This document shows, piece by piece, positions 46,474 through 56,876 of a stretch of 64,000 nt of DNA. Source of the DNA: a virus (lineage: Duplodnaviria; Caudoviricetes); the IMG/VR virus record IMGVR_UViG_3300031992_000011, one strand, 5' to 3'. How positions within the stretch are numbered: position 1 is the first letter of the stretch; each line of letters starts with the position of its first letter. The notes beneath the pieces are model-generated. The model saw only the letters and a list, made by a program, of their open reading frames with translations, was not told where the DNA came from and did no database searches. The position numbers were made by a program, and so were the translations under genes.

Positions 46474-48336
46474 ATGAGTCACATCCTTAATCATAACAGG
46501 ACACCGTTCGTCTTCAAGATAGACCGCAGCCAGTGCTGGGACTTCTTCCTGGACGGCGGTGCATATTCTTCTCCGTATGTCTCGGCGGACGGTTACGCAG
46601 ACCGTTGCCTTGCGGTTTCTGTCGACACGGCAGAATGCGGCACTGTGATGCCGGACATGGTGTACGGATCGGACAGGTATGTATGGTCCGAAGCCAGGAA
46701 CGGCGGGCTGTCGTTGGACAACATAGGGATTACCGGAATGGACAACGGGACTATACTGTTTGACCGTAATACCGTTTCTTCGTCAGAGTTCAACCGTCTG
46801 TATGGCGGCAGTTCCCTTGCGATAGAAGAGGACGACATGAGGATGCATTTCCGCAAAGCCGGAGGAAACAATGGAATTTTCTATTACGGAAACGACATTG
46901 TCCACGAGGACGGGGTGGACTGCATCAGACTGTCAGGCGGTTTCTACCAGGGATTCTTCAAGAGCGGTGACGGGTACCAGATTCTGCCCACCAACATAGG
47001 TGAAGGCGTTTGTCTTGAATTCGTGATAAAACCGGACGGGGCGGTGAAGCGCGCCGACAAACTGACAATGAACGACAGGTATCCGTCAAACAGCGGGATA
47101 TTCTTCTATATAGGAACACGCGCGGAGAACAAGTGGTACAGGTATGCGGAGCACGAGGAACTTTTCGAGCGGATATCCAACACGTATTTCGCTGATGACG
47201 GTTATAACGGAGGCGGTTACTTCAGCGACATCACAACAAGCGCTGTCTATTTCGAAGACAGTGACGAATACTCGTCTGACGACGGGTATTTCGCTGACGG
47301 GTACGGCAGCGACTCATGTCCGGAAAAACCATGCCGGCCAGTGCACGGAATGGGCAGTGTCAGTTCGTGCTCATGCAAACCGAGATGCACTTGCTCAAAA
47401 TATTTCTCCGACGGGTATTTCGACAAGGTGAGCGAACCGTGCGAGTGCACGTCTGACTACAATCTCGGAGGAGATTATTGGGACACATCGTCGGTTCCTC
47501 TTGTGCCTGACACTGAAAGGTCTACTTTGGGAGGGCACTCGCTTTCGACCCCGAACATTGTCGAGATAGAGACCGACAACAAGTTCCTGATGTTTGACCG
47601 TACCTGCTCCGGCGTCACCGCTGACCATTGGGAGGAAGGAACGAAGGCGGTCATCACCGACGTGAAGGCTGATGACCGTGAAAACTACTTCCTGCTGTAC
47701 CACAGGGGGTGCGGCGGTCTGCTCGCGGACAAGACGTGGTCGTCAAAAGGCGACCGCAGATATGACGCCGCCCGCGACATTTACCGCAACGCTTTCGCCC
47801 TTCAGGTCCGTCAGGACGGTTCGATCGGATACAAGTATGCAGTCAAGGACTGCGACTGCACCGGTGACACATGCGGAAACCCGGCGATACTTTCCGAATG
47901 GACTGTGCCGGGCGTTGTTCCGGAGGGTAAATGGTCTGTGGTGCACATGAAACTCATGCCGTCCGGAATCCATTACGGCACATGCACAAAGTCGACCTCG
48001 TCGTCACAGAAGATGCGTGTGATGCTTTATGTCGACGGCAGGCTGAAACTCGTGTCCAAAGAGATACCGACGCTGAACCTCAGGAAACTTGCGGAAACGG
48101 ACGACAAACAGGAAGGTGTGCCGTTCAACATATCGTTGGGCGGAGGGACTCAAGGTCTTGCGGATGTTGTCTACTATGACTACACGAAGACGCCGTCCGA
48201 AGTGCTGCCCATTGAGCGTGAGTTCGGGGGCAGTCTGTTCGGGTACATGAGATGCTTCAGATTTTATGCGTGTCCGCTTTCGTTGTCGGAAATCGAAGGC
48301 AACGTTAATTTTGTCAAGAGTGGTTTTGAAACCTGA
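46474..48336 (+). CDS. Virion protein with ConA/LamG-like fold and Cys-rich insert
   Basis: LEFVIKP, W--V...MLYVDGRL, I-LGG, F-G-M--FRFY--PLS--EI pattern of LamG domains. Confidence 0.55.
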   Translation: MSHILNHNRTPFVFKIDRSQCWDFFLDGGAYSSPYVSADGYADRCLAVSVDTAECGTVMPDMVYGSDRYVWSEARNGGLSLDNIGITGMDNGTILFDRNTVSSSEFNRLYGGSSLAIEEDDMRMHFRKAGGNNGIFYYGNDIVHEDGVDCIRLSGGFYQGFFKSGDGYQILPTNIGEGVCLEFVIKPDGAVKRADKLTMNDRYPSNSGIFFYIGTRAENKWYRYAEHEELFERISNTYFADDGYNGGGYFSDITTSAVYFEDSDEYSSDDGYFADGYGSDSCPEKPCRPVHGMGSVSSCSCKPRCTCSKYFSDGYFDKVSEPCECTSDYNLGGDYWDTSSVPLVPDTERSTLGGHSLSTPNIVEIETDNKFLMFDRTCSGVTADHWEEGTKAVITDVKADDRENYFLLYHRGCGGLLADKTWSSKGDRRYDAARDIYRNAFALQVRQDGSIGYKYAVKDCDCTGDTCGNPAILSEWTVPGVVPEGKWSVVHMKLMPSGIHYGTCTKSTSSSQKMRVMLYVDGRLKLVSKEIPTLNLRKLAETDDKQEGVPFNISLGGGTQGLADVVYYDYTKTPSEVLPIEREFGGSLFGYMRCFRFYACPLSLSEIEGNVNFVKSGFET

Positions 48337-48348
48337 AAGCCACCAAAC

Positions 48349-48355
48349 TATTTAT
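48349..48355 (+). promoter_or_regulatory. Putative late promoter TATTTAT
   Basis: Upstream of ATG 48375. Confidence 0.6.
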
Positions 48356-48374
48356 ATTGAAAACGAAAGTTACA

Positions 48375-50312
48375 ATGAACGGCATAACCTATTTTAGATT
48401 AGTTTCCCCGTACAGTAATGACATAACCAAGAACTGCGGACTCACCGGACAGGAGATTGACAACAATTTTTTCGTTCTTGAGGGCCGTGACGTCAAGTCT
48501 GTCACTCTTGACGGTGAGACACTCAAGGTGAACCTGTATAACGGTGATGTCATACCGGCCGACATGAGCGGACTGACCGGTTCCATCAAGGAGTCGATGT
48601 CCGACTTCGTCAAGTCGCTGTCGTTCGAGTTCGACCGCGACAACGGTGTCCTTAAAATCACACAGAACGGTGTCACGCAGACAATCGGCGGTTTTGTGAC
48701 CTCATATGAGGACAACAATGTCATTGCCACGGACGAGACACTGCAGGGCACAGGCAAGCCTGAGTCACCGCTCGGTGTTTCCAGAGCCTACAGAACAGGC
48801 GCATACGCACCCGTGAACATGATAATCGACAAGACGAACGGCCAGACCCTTCCGAGCGGCGAGAACCTGCACGCCGGCGACCGTTTCCTTGTGCACGACA
48901 AGGTGGGCGACTACGGGCTGCTTTACGATTATGAGGGCGTGAAACGCATCACGTGCGACCTTTTCATGAATTCTTCGAAATGGCGCGTCCCCACAAAGGA
49001 GGACTGGGACGACATGCTCAACGCCATCGAGCCGAACGCGGCGAACCGGGACCACGCGAATGCCACAAGCAACAGGTATCTCGGCAAATACGCCGGCGGA
49101 TATCTGAAGTCAAAGACCGGATGGATCGGCAGCGACGACGGGAACTCACCAGCTCCGGGCACCGGCGAGCCAACGGTCGACGACATGATAGGGAACACCA
49201 GTACACAAAGATGCTGCTGCGGCAAGAACGTGCCGTCATGCAGCCCGATGTACTGCGGGGAATACACCTCATGCTGCTGCAGACCGGACAGGAACCCTGA
49301 CGCGAGCGGCGCTGACATGTACGGATTCAACGCGAAACCGGCCGGATACGTCGACGACGGTGGTCTTGTCGGATATTTCGGCGAAAGGGCGTCGTTCTGG
49401 ACGGCGACACTGTCACCGAGCGGAAACAGCGCGTACATCAAGAGGCTTGAATGGGACAAGACAAACGTCTATCAGGACATCATCTCGACCAAGTACTCAC
49501 TTTCGCTCAGACTTATCAAAGACTACGACGGAAGTAATTTCTATGGACATGAACAGATACTCGGAGAAACATACGAGACAGTGCTCATGCCGTCGGTAAA
49601 GTCAGGCAGCAAGGTGTGGACTGCGGTAAATGTCGCGTTCAACAACGACTCTTATTGCGGCATAGAGCCGAACAACGGTCTTAACCTGACATACACTGAA
49701 AGATACTACATCGCTGAATGGGACGGCCACAAGTGGGTCACTGCCCCGTTTAACGAAGGCGACTCTGTGGTCGTGCTTGTGGCACCGGACGGTTCAAGGG
49801 CAGTGGACTACAGACTCGTTGACGGTTCTCTTGTCAGGGTCAGTGACATCATAGCCGAACAGGTCGTCGGGAAGGTTGACGAGGAACTTGACGAGATAAG
49901 GCAGTCGATCGCAGACGAGGCGTCGGCAAGGGAGGCGGCCGACAATGAGTTAAGAAATGCGATAGACGCCGAGATTGAGGCGAGAGGACAGGCTGACAGG
50001 GAACTTAACGAGAAAATCGACACGGAGATTTCCGCCCTTGACTCGAAGATTGCCCAGGAAAAGCAGGACCGCGAGGAGATGGACACGCTCCACGACGAGC
50101 AGATCAGCGACCTCGCCTCAAAGTTAGACCAAGAAAAACAGGAACGCGAGAACGCCGACAACGCGCTTGCGGGTGAGATTGACGGCATCGAGAAGAGACT
50201 TCTCGCAAGTGGGGAATTTGACGTCGACAGCGGCGTGCTCACACTGAAGTCGGAAGACGGTGAGTCCACGGTGATAAACGTCGGATTCGGTTTCAACTTC
50301 GGTGACGTATAA
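48375..50312 (+). CDS. Virion protein with Fib_succ_major (FISUMP) C-type-lectin-like domain and coiled coil
   Basis: YGLLYDY, WRVPTKEDW, LKSKTGW, DMYGFNAKPAG, ASFWT, SLRLIKD; C-terminal E---R--AD--L heptads. Confidence 0.75.
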   Translation: MNGITYFRLVSPYSNDITKNCGLTGQEIDNNFFVLEGRDVKSVTLDGETLKVNLYNGDVIPADMSGLTGSIKESMSDFVKSLSFEFDRDNGVLKITQNGVTQTIGGFVTSYEDNNVIATDETLQGTGKPESPLGVSRAYRTGAYAPVNMIIDKTNGQTLPSGENLHAGDRFLVHDKVGDYGLLYDYEGVKRITCDLFMNSSKWRVPTKEDWDDMLNAIEPNAANRDHANATSNRYLGKYAGGYLKSKTGWIGSDDGNSPAPGTGEPTVDDMIGNTSTQRCCCGKNVPSCSPMYCGEYTSCCCRPDRNPDASGADMYGFNAKPAGYVDDGGLVGYFGERASFWTATLSPSGNSAYIKRLEWDKTNVYQDIISTKYSLSLRLIKDYDGSNFYGHEQILGETYETVLMPSVKSGSKVWTAVNVAFNNDSYCGIEPNNGLNLTYTERYYIAEWDGHKWVTAPFNEGDSVVVLVAPDGSRAVDYRLVDGSLVRVSDIIAEQVVGKVDEELDEIRQSIADEASAREAADNELRNAIDAEIEARGQADRELNEKIDTEISALDSKIAQEKQDREEMDTLHDEQISDLASKLDQEKQERENADNALAGEIDGIEKRLLASGEFDVDSGVLTLKSEDGESTVINVGFGFNFGDV

Positions 50313-50337
50313 TATCTTATCGGAATATATCAAGACA

Positions 50338-53300
50338 ATGGAAAACAACAAATACAGACTTCAAATACGTTCGCACAAGGAACTGTTCCCGACCAAAGAA
50401 GCCGCGATAAGCTACCTTGAGACTGGAAGGGACTGCTTCCTGAACACGGCGAAATTCGGTGAACCGGCACTGGTTTTCTACGGTGACGACCCGGACAGTC
50501 CGAAGATGCTCGTGGCGGTCGGAAGCACAATTCCGGACAACGGAAGACTGTCACTGTCATACATTGACGACAGCGAACTCCGAGAGATGATTTCTCATGT
50601 CGAAGAAGAGTTGGGTTCTTCATCAGAAGAGGTCGAAAGGCTCAAAGAAAAGACAGAGAAACTCGACGACATGCTGATGGACGTCGTCGGCGCTACCGGT
50701 CTCACGTACGACCCGAACAAGATCGAGGACCAGATAACATATGAGCCGGAAGACCGCCGCGACCCAATCATAGGTGACGCAGAAACACTCGCGAAAGCGG
50801 TCGGCCTGCTCTCGGAGCGGATACAGGACGTGGCTTCCGAAGCGGCAACAAGCGTTGAGGACACCACAACAGTCGCAATGTCGAAAAACTCTGACGGTGT
50901 CATATCGTCTGAGGTGAAAATTTGCTCAATCGACACGAACAACCAAGGTTTCGACAACAACATGATCGGTTCTGTCGACGCAGGCGAGAACGGCGGAATA
51001 TACGCCGCGGTCGACCTGTCGTATGACACTGCGTCGAAAAAGCTCAGATTCTCGCGCAGCGGGGTTGAGAACGGGGTGTTCAAAACAGACGCGAATGTCA
51101 AGGAGTTCGACCTTGATTTCGGCGAGCACACGGTGATCGGTGTCGACAACGGAGGAAACACGGTCGAACTTGCTGTCAACGAAGACAATGGTGTGCAGAA
51201 GATATCGGGCAACGTCCGCCTTTCAGGAAGAAACTCGATACAGAAGGACGGTGACGGGGGACTTTTCGTCGACGCGTCGATTTCCGTGAACGAGAACAAC
51301 GACTCACTCATATTCCGCCTCGGAAACACCGAGACTGTCGTTAACCTTCCCGGCGCAGGCGTCTTTGACCGTGCGGAATATGATTCTGTCAACAACGCCA
51401 TCAAGCTGTACTTCCTCGACGGCGAGACGATAACAATACCGCTCGGGAATGTCTTTGACAACATAAACCGCATCGCAGTTGACAACAAACCGTCTGATTC
51501 GGTGACCTTGTCTATTGTCTCCGAAGACGGTAAGGACACGCTGTCAGCGGACACGAAGGTGGCGGTCTCGCCGAAACAGCTGATTGAGAAAAATCCTGAC
51601 AACGGCAATCTGATCGTCAGTTCAGACGTCGTCGCGACAAACGAAAGCGTGTCCTCGGCAGTCGACACGGCAAAGTCTGAACTCATCTCATCAATCCACG
51701 AGGTGAGCGACAAGGTCGACACGACAAAGAATGAACTCGAGACAAAGATACACACTGTAGAGGACAGCGTCACAGAGACAAATCGAAGCGTGGAGACGCT
51801 CTCCGACAGGATCAGCAGCATAGAGAACGACGGCGCTACCGACGCCGAGCTGGCGACCAAGGCAGACAAGACTTACGTCGACTCGAACTTCGTGAAGAAG
51901 TCTGACGTGCTGGCGGAGGTGAGCAATACGTCGGAGAACCCAGTGCAGAGTCGTGTGCTCAGCCAGAAACTCGGTGAAATCAGCGACGGAATGTCCGCCA
52001 CCAATGAATCACTGGAAACTGTACGCCAGCAGCTCGACGCCGCATACAGCAACCTGAATTCGAGGGTAAGCACGAACGAGACCACACTGTCGGACGGTAT
52101 CACTATCGACAAGGTGTCTGAACTTGTGTACGCGCTCAAGATAAACGGCGTAGAAAAGGGAAGAATCAACTTGCCGAAAGACCAGTTCTTCGAGTCAGCG
52201 TCATACGACGCGGGAAATAACGAGATTGTCCTCGTGTTCTTCACAAACGACGGCGAAGGCGAGAGCGTAAGACAGGAAGTCAGGATACCCGTGGGCGACC
52301 TGGTGGACACCTACAACGCCGGCGACGGCCTTTCGTTGTCGGAGAACACATTCTCGGTGAAACTCAACTCACAGAACGAGTCAGAATATCTGAAAGTTTC
52401 CGACGGCGGCCTGATGCTGACCGGCGTGTCGGCGATCAAGTCGCTTGTGGACAACATGTCCGGTGCCATCGACAACATCTCTGAGACTCTCGCAAACAAG
52501 GCGGACAAGACATACGTCGAAAGCTCGCTCGAAGGAAAACAAGACACACTGAACGGAAGCGACACGGTGTCAATCGACAACCGTACGCTGAACGTGAAGG
52601 TCGCGTCCAACAGCGACACCCGTCAGGACAACATGATACGCGTCGTCGACGGCGAAGGACTTTACGCAAACGTCACGATACGCGTCGACAAGGAAGCAAA
52701 CAAACTGTACTACCGCACAAGCGGGACGGAGGGCGAATACAGTGTCGATCTTCCGGAAGCGCCCGGAGTGAGCGTCGTCAAGTCCGCGTCGTATGACCCT
52801 GCGACCAAGAAACTCACCATCATATTCGACACAGACGCCGGCGGTGAGGGGACACCGATAGTCATCGACATGACAAGTCTCGTCGCCGACATAGACGACA
52901 AGGTGGACGCCATAAACGACAAGGTGGACAACTTGAGGATACCTATCGACAACTTCTACGGTGGGGCGGTAAAGACGGTGACACCAGGCTCGATATCCGT
53001 CAACTCGAGCGAGGCGTTCGGAATCGACGCAAGCAGACTTGTGTCCAATGACGCAGTGTCCAACAACTGCATCGCATATGACCCTAACGTGAACGGACTC
53101 TATGTCGAGGACAAGTGGTCTGAGAAAATCAACGGTTTCGACGCGAGGATATCGGCGCTTGAGGCGAGTATCGAGAACTTCGTCGGAGGGTACTCGGACA
53201 AGATCGACAAGATGTGGAAGACGCTTTACGGCGAGAACGGCAACCCGTCGAATCCGGAGACTAACTCTCTCGTGTACAACCTGTACAACAACTTACTCGA

Positions 53301-53376
53301 CTTCAACGACACTACCGGTAACTGGGTTGTGGACGACGAAGACACAGTCCACACAAGCGACGGAGAGGTGTTCTGA
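50338..53376 (+). CDS. Long fibre/structural protein
   Basis: About 1010 aa; three (S)A-YD----I-L-F modules, KADKTYV and SENPVQ motifs shared with other fibres. Confidence 0.65.
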   Translation: MENNKYRLQIRSHKELFPTKEAAISYLETGRDCFLNTAKFGEPALVFYGDDPDSPKMLVAVGSTIPDNGRLSLSYIDDSELREMISHVEEELGSSSEEVERLKEKTEKLDDMLMDVVGATGLTYDPNKIEDQITYEPEDRRDPIIGDAETLAKAVGLLSERIQDVASEAATSVEDTTTVAMSKNSDGVISSEVKICSIDTNNQGFDNNMIGSVDAGENGGIYAAVDLSYDTASKKLRFSRSGVENGVFKTDANVKEFDLDFGEHTVIGVDNGGNTVELAVNEDNGVQKISGNVRLSGRNSIQKDGDGGLFVDASISVNENNDSLIFRLGNTETVVNLPGAGVFDRAEYDSVNNAIKLYFLDGETITIPLGNVFDNINRIAVDNKPSDSVTLSIVSEDGKDTLSADTKVAVSPKQLIEKNPDNGNLIVSSDVVATNESVSSAVDTAKSELISSIHEVSDKVDTTKNELETKIHTVEDSVTETNRSVETLSDRISSIENDGATDAELATKADKTYVDSNFVKKSDVLAEVSNTSENPVQSRVLSQKLGEISDGMSATNESLETVRQQLDAAYSNLNSRVSTNETTLSDGITIDKVSELVYALKINGVEKGRINLPKDQFFESASYDAGNNEIVLVFFTNDGEGESVRQEVRIPVGDLVDTYNAGDGLSLSENTFSVKLNSQNESEYLKVSDGGLMLTGVSAIKSLVDNMSGAIDNISETLANKADKTYVESSLEGKQDTLNGSDTVSIDNRTLNVKVASNSDTRQDNMIRVVDGEGLYANVTIRVDKEANKLYYRTSGTEGEYSVDLPEAPGVSVVKSASYDPATKKLTIIFDTDAGGEGTPIVIDMTSLVADIDDKVDAINDKVDNLRIPIDNFYGGAVKTVTPGSISVNSSEAFGIDASRLVSNDAVSNNCIAYDPNVNGLYVEDKWSEKINGFDARISALEASIENFVGGYSDKIDKMWKTLYGENGNPSNPETNSLVYNLYNNLLDFNDTTGNWVVDDEDTVHTSDGEVF

Positions 53377-53451
53377 TTGACTTAGACTACTTTTTACGGT
53401 AAAGTTGGCGGCGCCGGAGAAAAAAATCCGGGCCGCCATCATCGAACAAGA

Positions 53452-53458
53452 TATTTAT
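53452..53458 (+). promoter_or_regulatory. Putative late promoter TATTTAT
   Basis: Upstream of ATG 53496. Confidence 0.6.
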
Positions 53459-53495
53459 ATTGGAAAGATAACAAACTAAACCAATTAATATTAAT

Positions 53496-55343
53496 ATGGC
53501 AGCAGCAAGAGTTTTACAACTTCTTAGAAGCACAACAATTTATGACACTTTCGAACTCGCAGCGAGCGCGTTGAGAGGTCTGCAAGGTCGTAAAGACGGT
53601 GAGATCGTGTTGGCGAGGTACACACCTGTGACTGTAAACGGTGTCACAGTCGACACAGCAATCGGCGTATATCACGTTGCCGGCAATACCACAACATGCA
53701 CCGTCTTCCAAAGTTCGACAGAAATAGCGAAGAGACTGGACGACATTCAGTCGGAACTTGACGACACACAGACCGGTGCCGGTCTTGGTACTGATGGTTC
53801 TTATACCGTACCGGAAGAGAATGAGGCCGGTTTTGAGGTTCTCGGTGGTCAGAATGCCCCTGACAATCTCTATGATGCCATCATGAAACTGGCCGACGAG
53901 ATCGCCGGTATGGACTACTCATATAACACGAATGCCAGTGATACAACCGCAAGCGCGGCCGTGAACGACCGTTCAAAGGTTATCGCGTCAATCAGCGAGG
54001 TCAACGGTGACATCACTGTGGGCAGCACAGCGGCTAAGGACCTTCTCTTGACCAATTATACAAATGACGGCACAACCAATACAGGTTCAATCGTTCCTGC
54101 CGATACTGTCGAGAAGGCGTTTAACAAATTGGAGAACAAGGTTGGTGCGAACAAAATCACAAATGCAGACGGCTCAATCACTGTTACAGAACCTACCGGT
54201 TCCGCAACAACCACTGACATCAACGTCAACATAAAGACAGGTGAGAAGGTACTTCACAAGGATGGAAACGAAGGTCTGTGGACTGACATCAAGATCCAGA
54301 AGGTCATACCGACCGGAACTGCTGGCACTGACGAGATTCTCGACACGAATCTTGGTGCCAACGTCCGTGAGGCTTATCGACTGATGTCAAATAACGGAAG
54401 CGGAACCTATGTGCAACTTGGTAAGGATATCAATGTCTACAAGGACAGTTCTCTCATCAGTGTCCAACTCGGTACAATGGGAGACACACTCACCAACGAG
54501 GACGCAAACCAGAAGTCAGATGTTTCGACAATCGTTCCGGGTACAGGCGACGACGCTCTCGTGTTCGTGTACTACCTCGGTGACGAGAACAAGTACCAGA
54601 GGGCATCTATCAACGTCGAGAGTTTCCTGACAGATTCTGAATACGGTATCGGTCTTGCTGTAGAATCTGACGGAGCCGCCACAAACAGCAAGCGTGTCTA
54701 TGTCAAGAAAGACACAAATTCGGAGCAGGTTATCACTGCGTACAGCGAGAGTGGTAACACTACAGCAGATGTTCTCACAATAGGCAATGATGGTGTCAAG
54801 GTAGCGAACATCCAGGCCGCTATTGACGCTGCCGTCGGAAGGGCGCAGACAACAATCAATACCACCGTCAACAAGTCAGGTGAGACTGTTGCGGATCCTC
54901 ACATCTCGATAGCGGAGACAACTGCGGACAACGGTTCGAAGAGTTACACATTCTCAGAGACCGACATCGATTCACAGGCGAGGGCGATCGCTGCCGAGAA
55001 GGTTCTTTCTGATTCAATCAACGGAACCGGTTCTTACAACGAGACAACCGGCGTCGCCACCCCATACGCTTCACCCGCTAACGCGACATACGCAAATACA
55101 AACAATGTAAAGGGTGACATCGCCGCACTTGATGCAGCAGCCGCTGACGGTCTTAATTTGGTCACAAGCGCGAATAAAGCGATTGTCGTTGGCGCAAAGG
55201 AAAACAAGCAACAGGAACTCACACTGACACTTGACACTACGACGCAAGGAACTGGCATGGAGTTGACAAGCGTGGACAACGCTCTCACAATCACCAACGC
55301 CGGACTGTTCCTCTCAAACACTTGGGACTGTGGCACGTACTAA
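53496..55343 (+). CDS. Fibre/structural protein
   Basis: QSELDDTQTGAGLGTDGSY motif; Thr/Asn-rich; C-terminal WDCGTY. Confidence 0.65.
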   Translation: MAAARVLQLLRSTTIYDTFELAASALRGLQGRKDGEIVLARYTPVTVNGVTVDTAIGVYHVAGNTTTCTVFQSSTEIAKRLDDIQSELDDTQTGAGLGTDGSYTVPEENEAGFEVLGGQNAPDNLYDAIMKLADEIAGMDYSYNTNASDTTASAAVNDRSKVIASISEVNGDITVGSTAAKDLLLTNYTNDGTTNTGSIVPADTVEKAFNKLENKVGANKITNADGSITVTEPTGSATTTDINVNIKTGEKVLHKDGNEGLWTDIKIQKVIPTGTAGTDEILDTNLGANVREAYRLMSNNGSGTYVQLGKDINVYKDSSLISVQLGTMGDTLTNEDANQKSDVSTIVPGTGDDALVFVYYLGDENKYQRASINVESFLTDSEYGIGLAVESDGAATNSKRVYVKKDTNSEQVITAYSESGNTTADVLTIGNDGVKVANIQAAIDAAVGRAQTTINTTVNKSGETVADPHISIAETTADNGSKSYTFSETDIDSQARAIAAEKVLSDSINGTGSYNETTGVATPYASPANATYANTNNVKGDIAALDAAAADGLNLVTSANKAIVVGAKENKQQELTLTLDTTTQGTGMELTSVDNALTITNAGLFLSNTWDCGTY

Positions 55344-55368
55344 TCAGTACTCATCAATTCGGCAATAT

Positions 55369-55396
55369 AAAACGAGGGGCGAAAACCCCTCGTTTT
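55369..55396. terminator. Bidirectional terminator
   Basis: aaaacgagggg-cgaaaa-cccctcgtttt between convergent genes. Confidence 0.8.
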
Positions 55397-55429
55397 GTTG
55401 TTTATTGTTCCCCTTTTTTGGTGCTATTG

Positions 55430-56233
55430 CTAATCAATCCACGGGAACTCCCTGACTATGGCGTTGACGAAGTGGAACTTCTGCAGTTTCTTCATCGCGA
55501 TGCACCTGACCTCCGAGCGCCAGTCGTGTGTCCTGATGAAGTCCACAACTTTTTCCCGTCCTCTCAAATTGTCGTCCACCTTTATCTTGTACTCCGCGGA
55601 GTATCTCTCGCCGTCCGAAAGTATCTTGCCGCAGCTTCCGTCACCCCAAAGGCACACGCGCACATCGAACGGCGCGTCGTCATACCCATTCGAATCATTC
55701 CGCACGAAGTTCACTCGCTTGAGGTTGGTCTTTGGCCTTTCGTTTGTTCCTCCTCCCTCAGGCCGCCTGTACACGTTGAAGCAGCAGTGCAGTTTGCGTC
55801 CGCTGTATGTCTCTTCGCCGAGGTCGATCGACTCTATCAGGTCGAATTCGTACAGCGACTGTGTGTTCCATAGTTGGCTGATAGGAAGTATCATCGCCAC
55901 GTAGTCACCGCACGATACAGCCTTCTTGAAGAATTTCTGCGCCAGGTTCATCCGGCTGCCGTAAGGAGGGTTTCCGAGCGTGAGCCGTCCCTTCTTGTAC
56001 GGCATCTCATATGACAGGTAGTCGGCTTCTATGACGCGTGGGTCGTCAGTTTCCGGTCTGATGTCAATCCCTATGTCCACGCGCACGTTGTCGCTGTGCA
56101 TGAACGCTCCGTCACCGCAGCTTGGTTCCACGACCTCTGTGACCGCGCCCATGTCAACGCACGCTGTCAGTATGCCGAGACATCTGTCCACGACATGACT
56201 CGGTGTGTAGTATTTGTCGTCATTCAGTTTCAT
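55430..56233 (-). CDS. N6-adenine DNA methyltransferase-like protein
   Basis: DKYYTP, VEPSCGDGAF, GNPPY; start reassigned to MKLNDDK. Confidence 0.85.
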   Translation of the reverse strand: MKLNDDKYYTPSHVVDRCLGILTACVDMGAVTEVVEPSCGDGAFMHSDNVRVDIGIDIRPETDDPRVIEADYLSYEMPYKKGRLTLGNPPYGSRMNLAQKFFKKAVSCGDYVAMILPISQLWNTQSLYEFDLIESIDLGEETYSGRKLHCCFNVYRRPEGGGTNERPKTNLKRVNFVRNDSNGYDDAPFDVRVCLWGDGSCGKILSDGERYSAEYKIKVDDNLRGREKVVDFIRTHDWRSEVRCIAMKKLQKFHFVNAIVREFPWID

Positions 56234-56253
56234 ATGCTCAAAAATTTTTACTG

Positions 56254-56261
56254 CAAAGATA
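56254..56261 (-). promoter_or_regulatory. Bacteroidota -7 promoter element TATCTTTG
   Basis: Upstream of MTase ATG 56233; -33 box imperfect. Confidence 0.65.
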
Positions 56262-56293
56262 AAGAAAATTATTGACACTGAAAAGTTAAATTA

Positions 56294-56300
56294 TATTTAT
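56294..56300 (+). promoter_or_regulatory. Putative late promoter TATTTAT
   Basis: Upstream of ATG 56318. Confidence 0.6.
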
Positions 56301-56317
56301 ATGAAAATATCATCTAT

Positions 56318-56788
56318 ATGTACAAAAGAAGGAGTGTGACGTTAAGTGAAAGTCGTCTCAGACGTCTTATCTCAGAGGCGGTCAGAAAAGCACTGACGGA
56401 GAGTAATGAGGACACCAGATGGTACAACAATCAGGAGTCGGATCCCGGTGTCGGCAGTGAGTTGGATTTTTCTCCGCAGTTGTGGACAGAAATCAGATTC
56501 GTGCAGGGCGGAGATGATGACTACGAGGAAATTGACCGTATGTTCTGCGGCGACGATGATGTGTACTGTGAGGGCAACTCGCAGCCTGTGATAGAGTATT
56601 TGGCGCAGTGGGATGACGGCGAGGGAAACGTCGTCGAGGACGAGCCGAGGATAGCGAGGAACGACACCGTTTACGATGACGAGAACGGAGAATACATATT
56701 AAGGTACAACTCGTCGGTAGGTGGATGTTACCTGCTCTACAGGAAAGCGTCACCGCAAGAAGTTGACTGGTATCAGAACAATCGTTGA
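56318..56788 (+). CDS. Acidic orphan protein with TLSESRLRRLISEAVRKALTE|S leader
   Basis: 156 aa; leader aligns with that of 20958. Confidence 0.7.
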   Translation: MYKRRSVTLSESRLRRLISEAVRKALTESNEDTRWYNNQESDPGVGSELDFSPQLWTEIRFVQGGDDDYEEIDRMFCGDDDVYCEGNSQPVIEYLAQWDDGEGNVVEDEPRIARNDTVYDDENGEYILRYNSSVGGCYLLYRKASPQEVDWYQNNR

Positions 56789-56810
56789 CACACAACGTTT
56801 TAAGAGAGTA

Positions 56811-56846
56811 TCTGCATCGTTTTAGGTAACATTAAAACGATGCAGA
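56811..56846. terminator. Hairpin between convergent genes
   Basis: tctgcatcgtttta...taaaacgatgcaga. Confidence 0.7.
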
Positions 56847-56876
56847 ACTGTTAAAATGAGTCTACTGCACGTTCTT

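Noticed and set aside
50595-51869. 424-aa minus-strand ORF and similar long antisense ORFs (6676..7437, 17415..18104, 25619..26533)
   Set aside because: Shadow frames opposite well-supported genes; Ser-rich composition and no motifs
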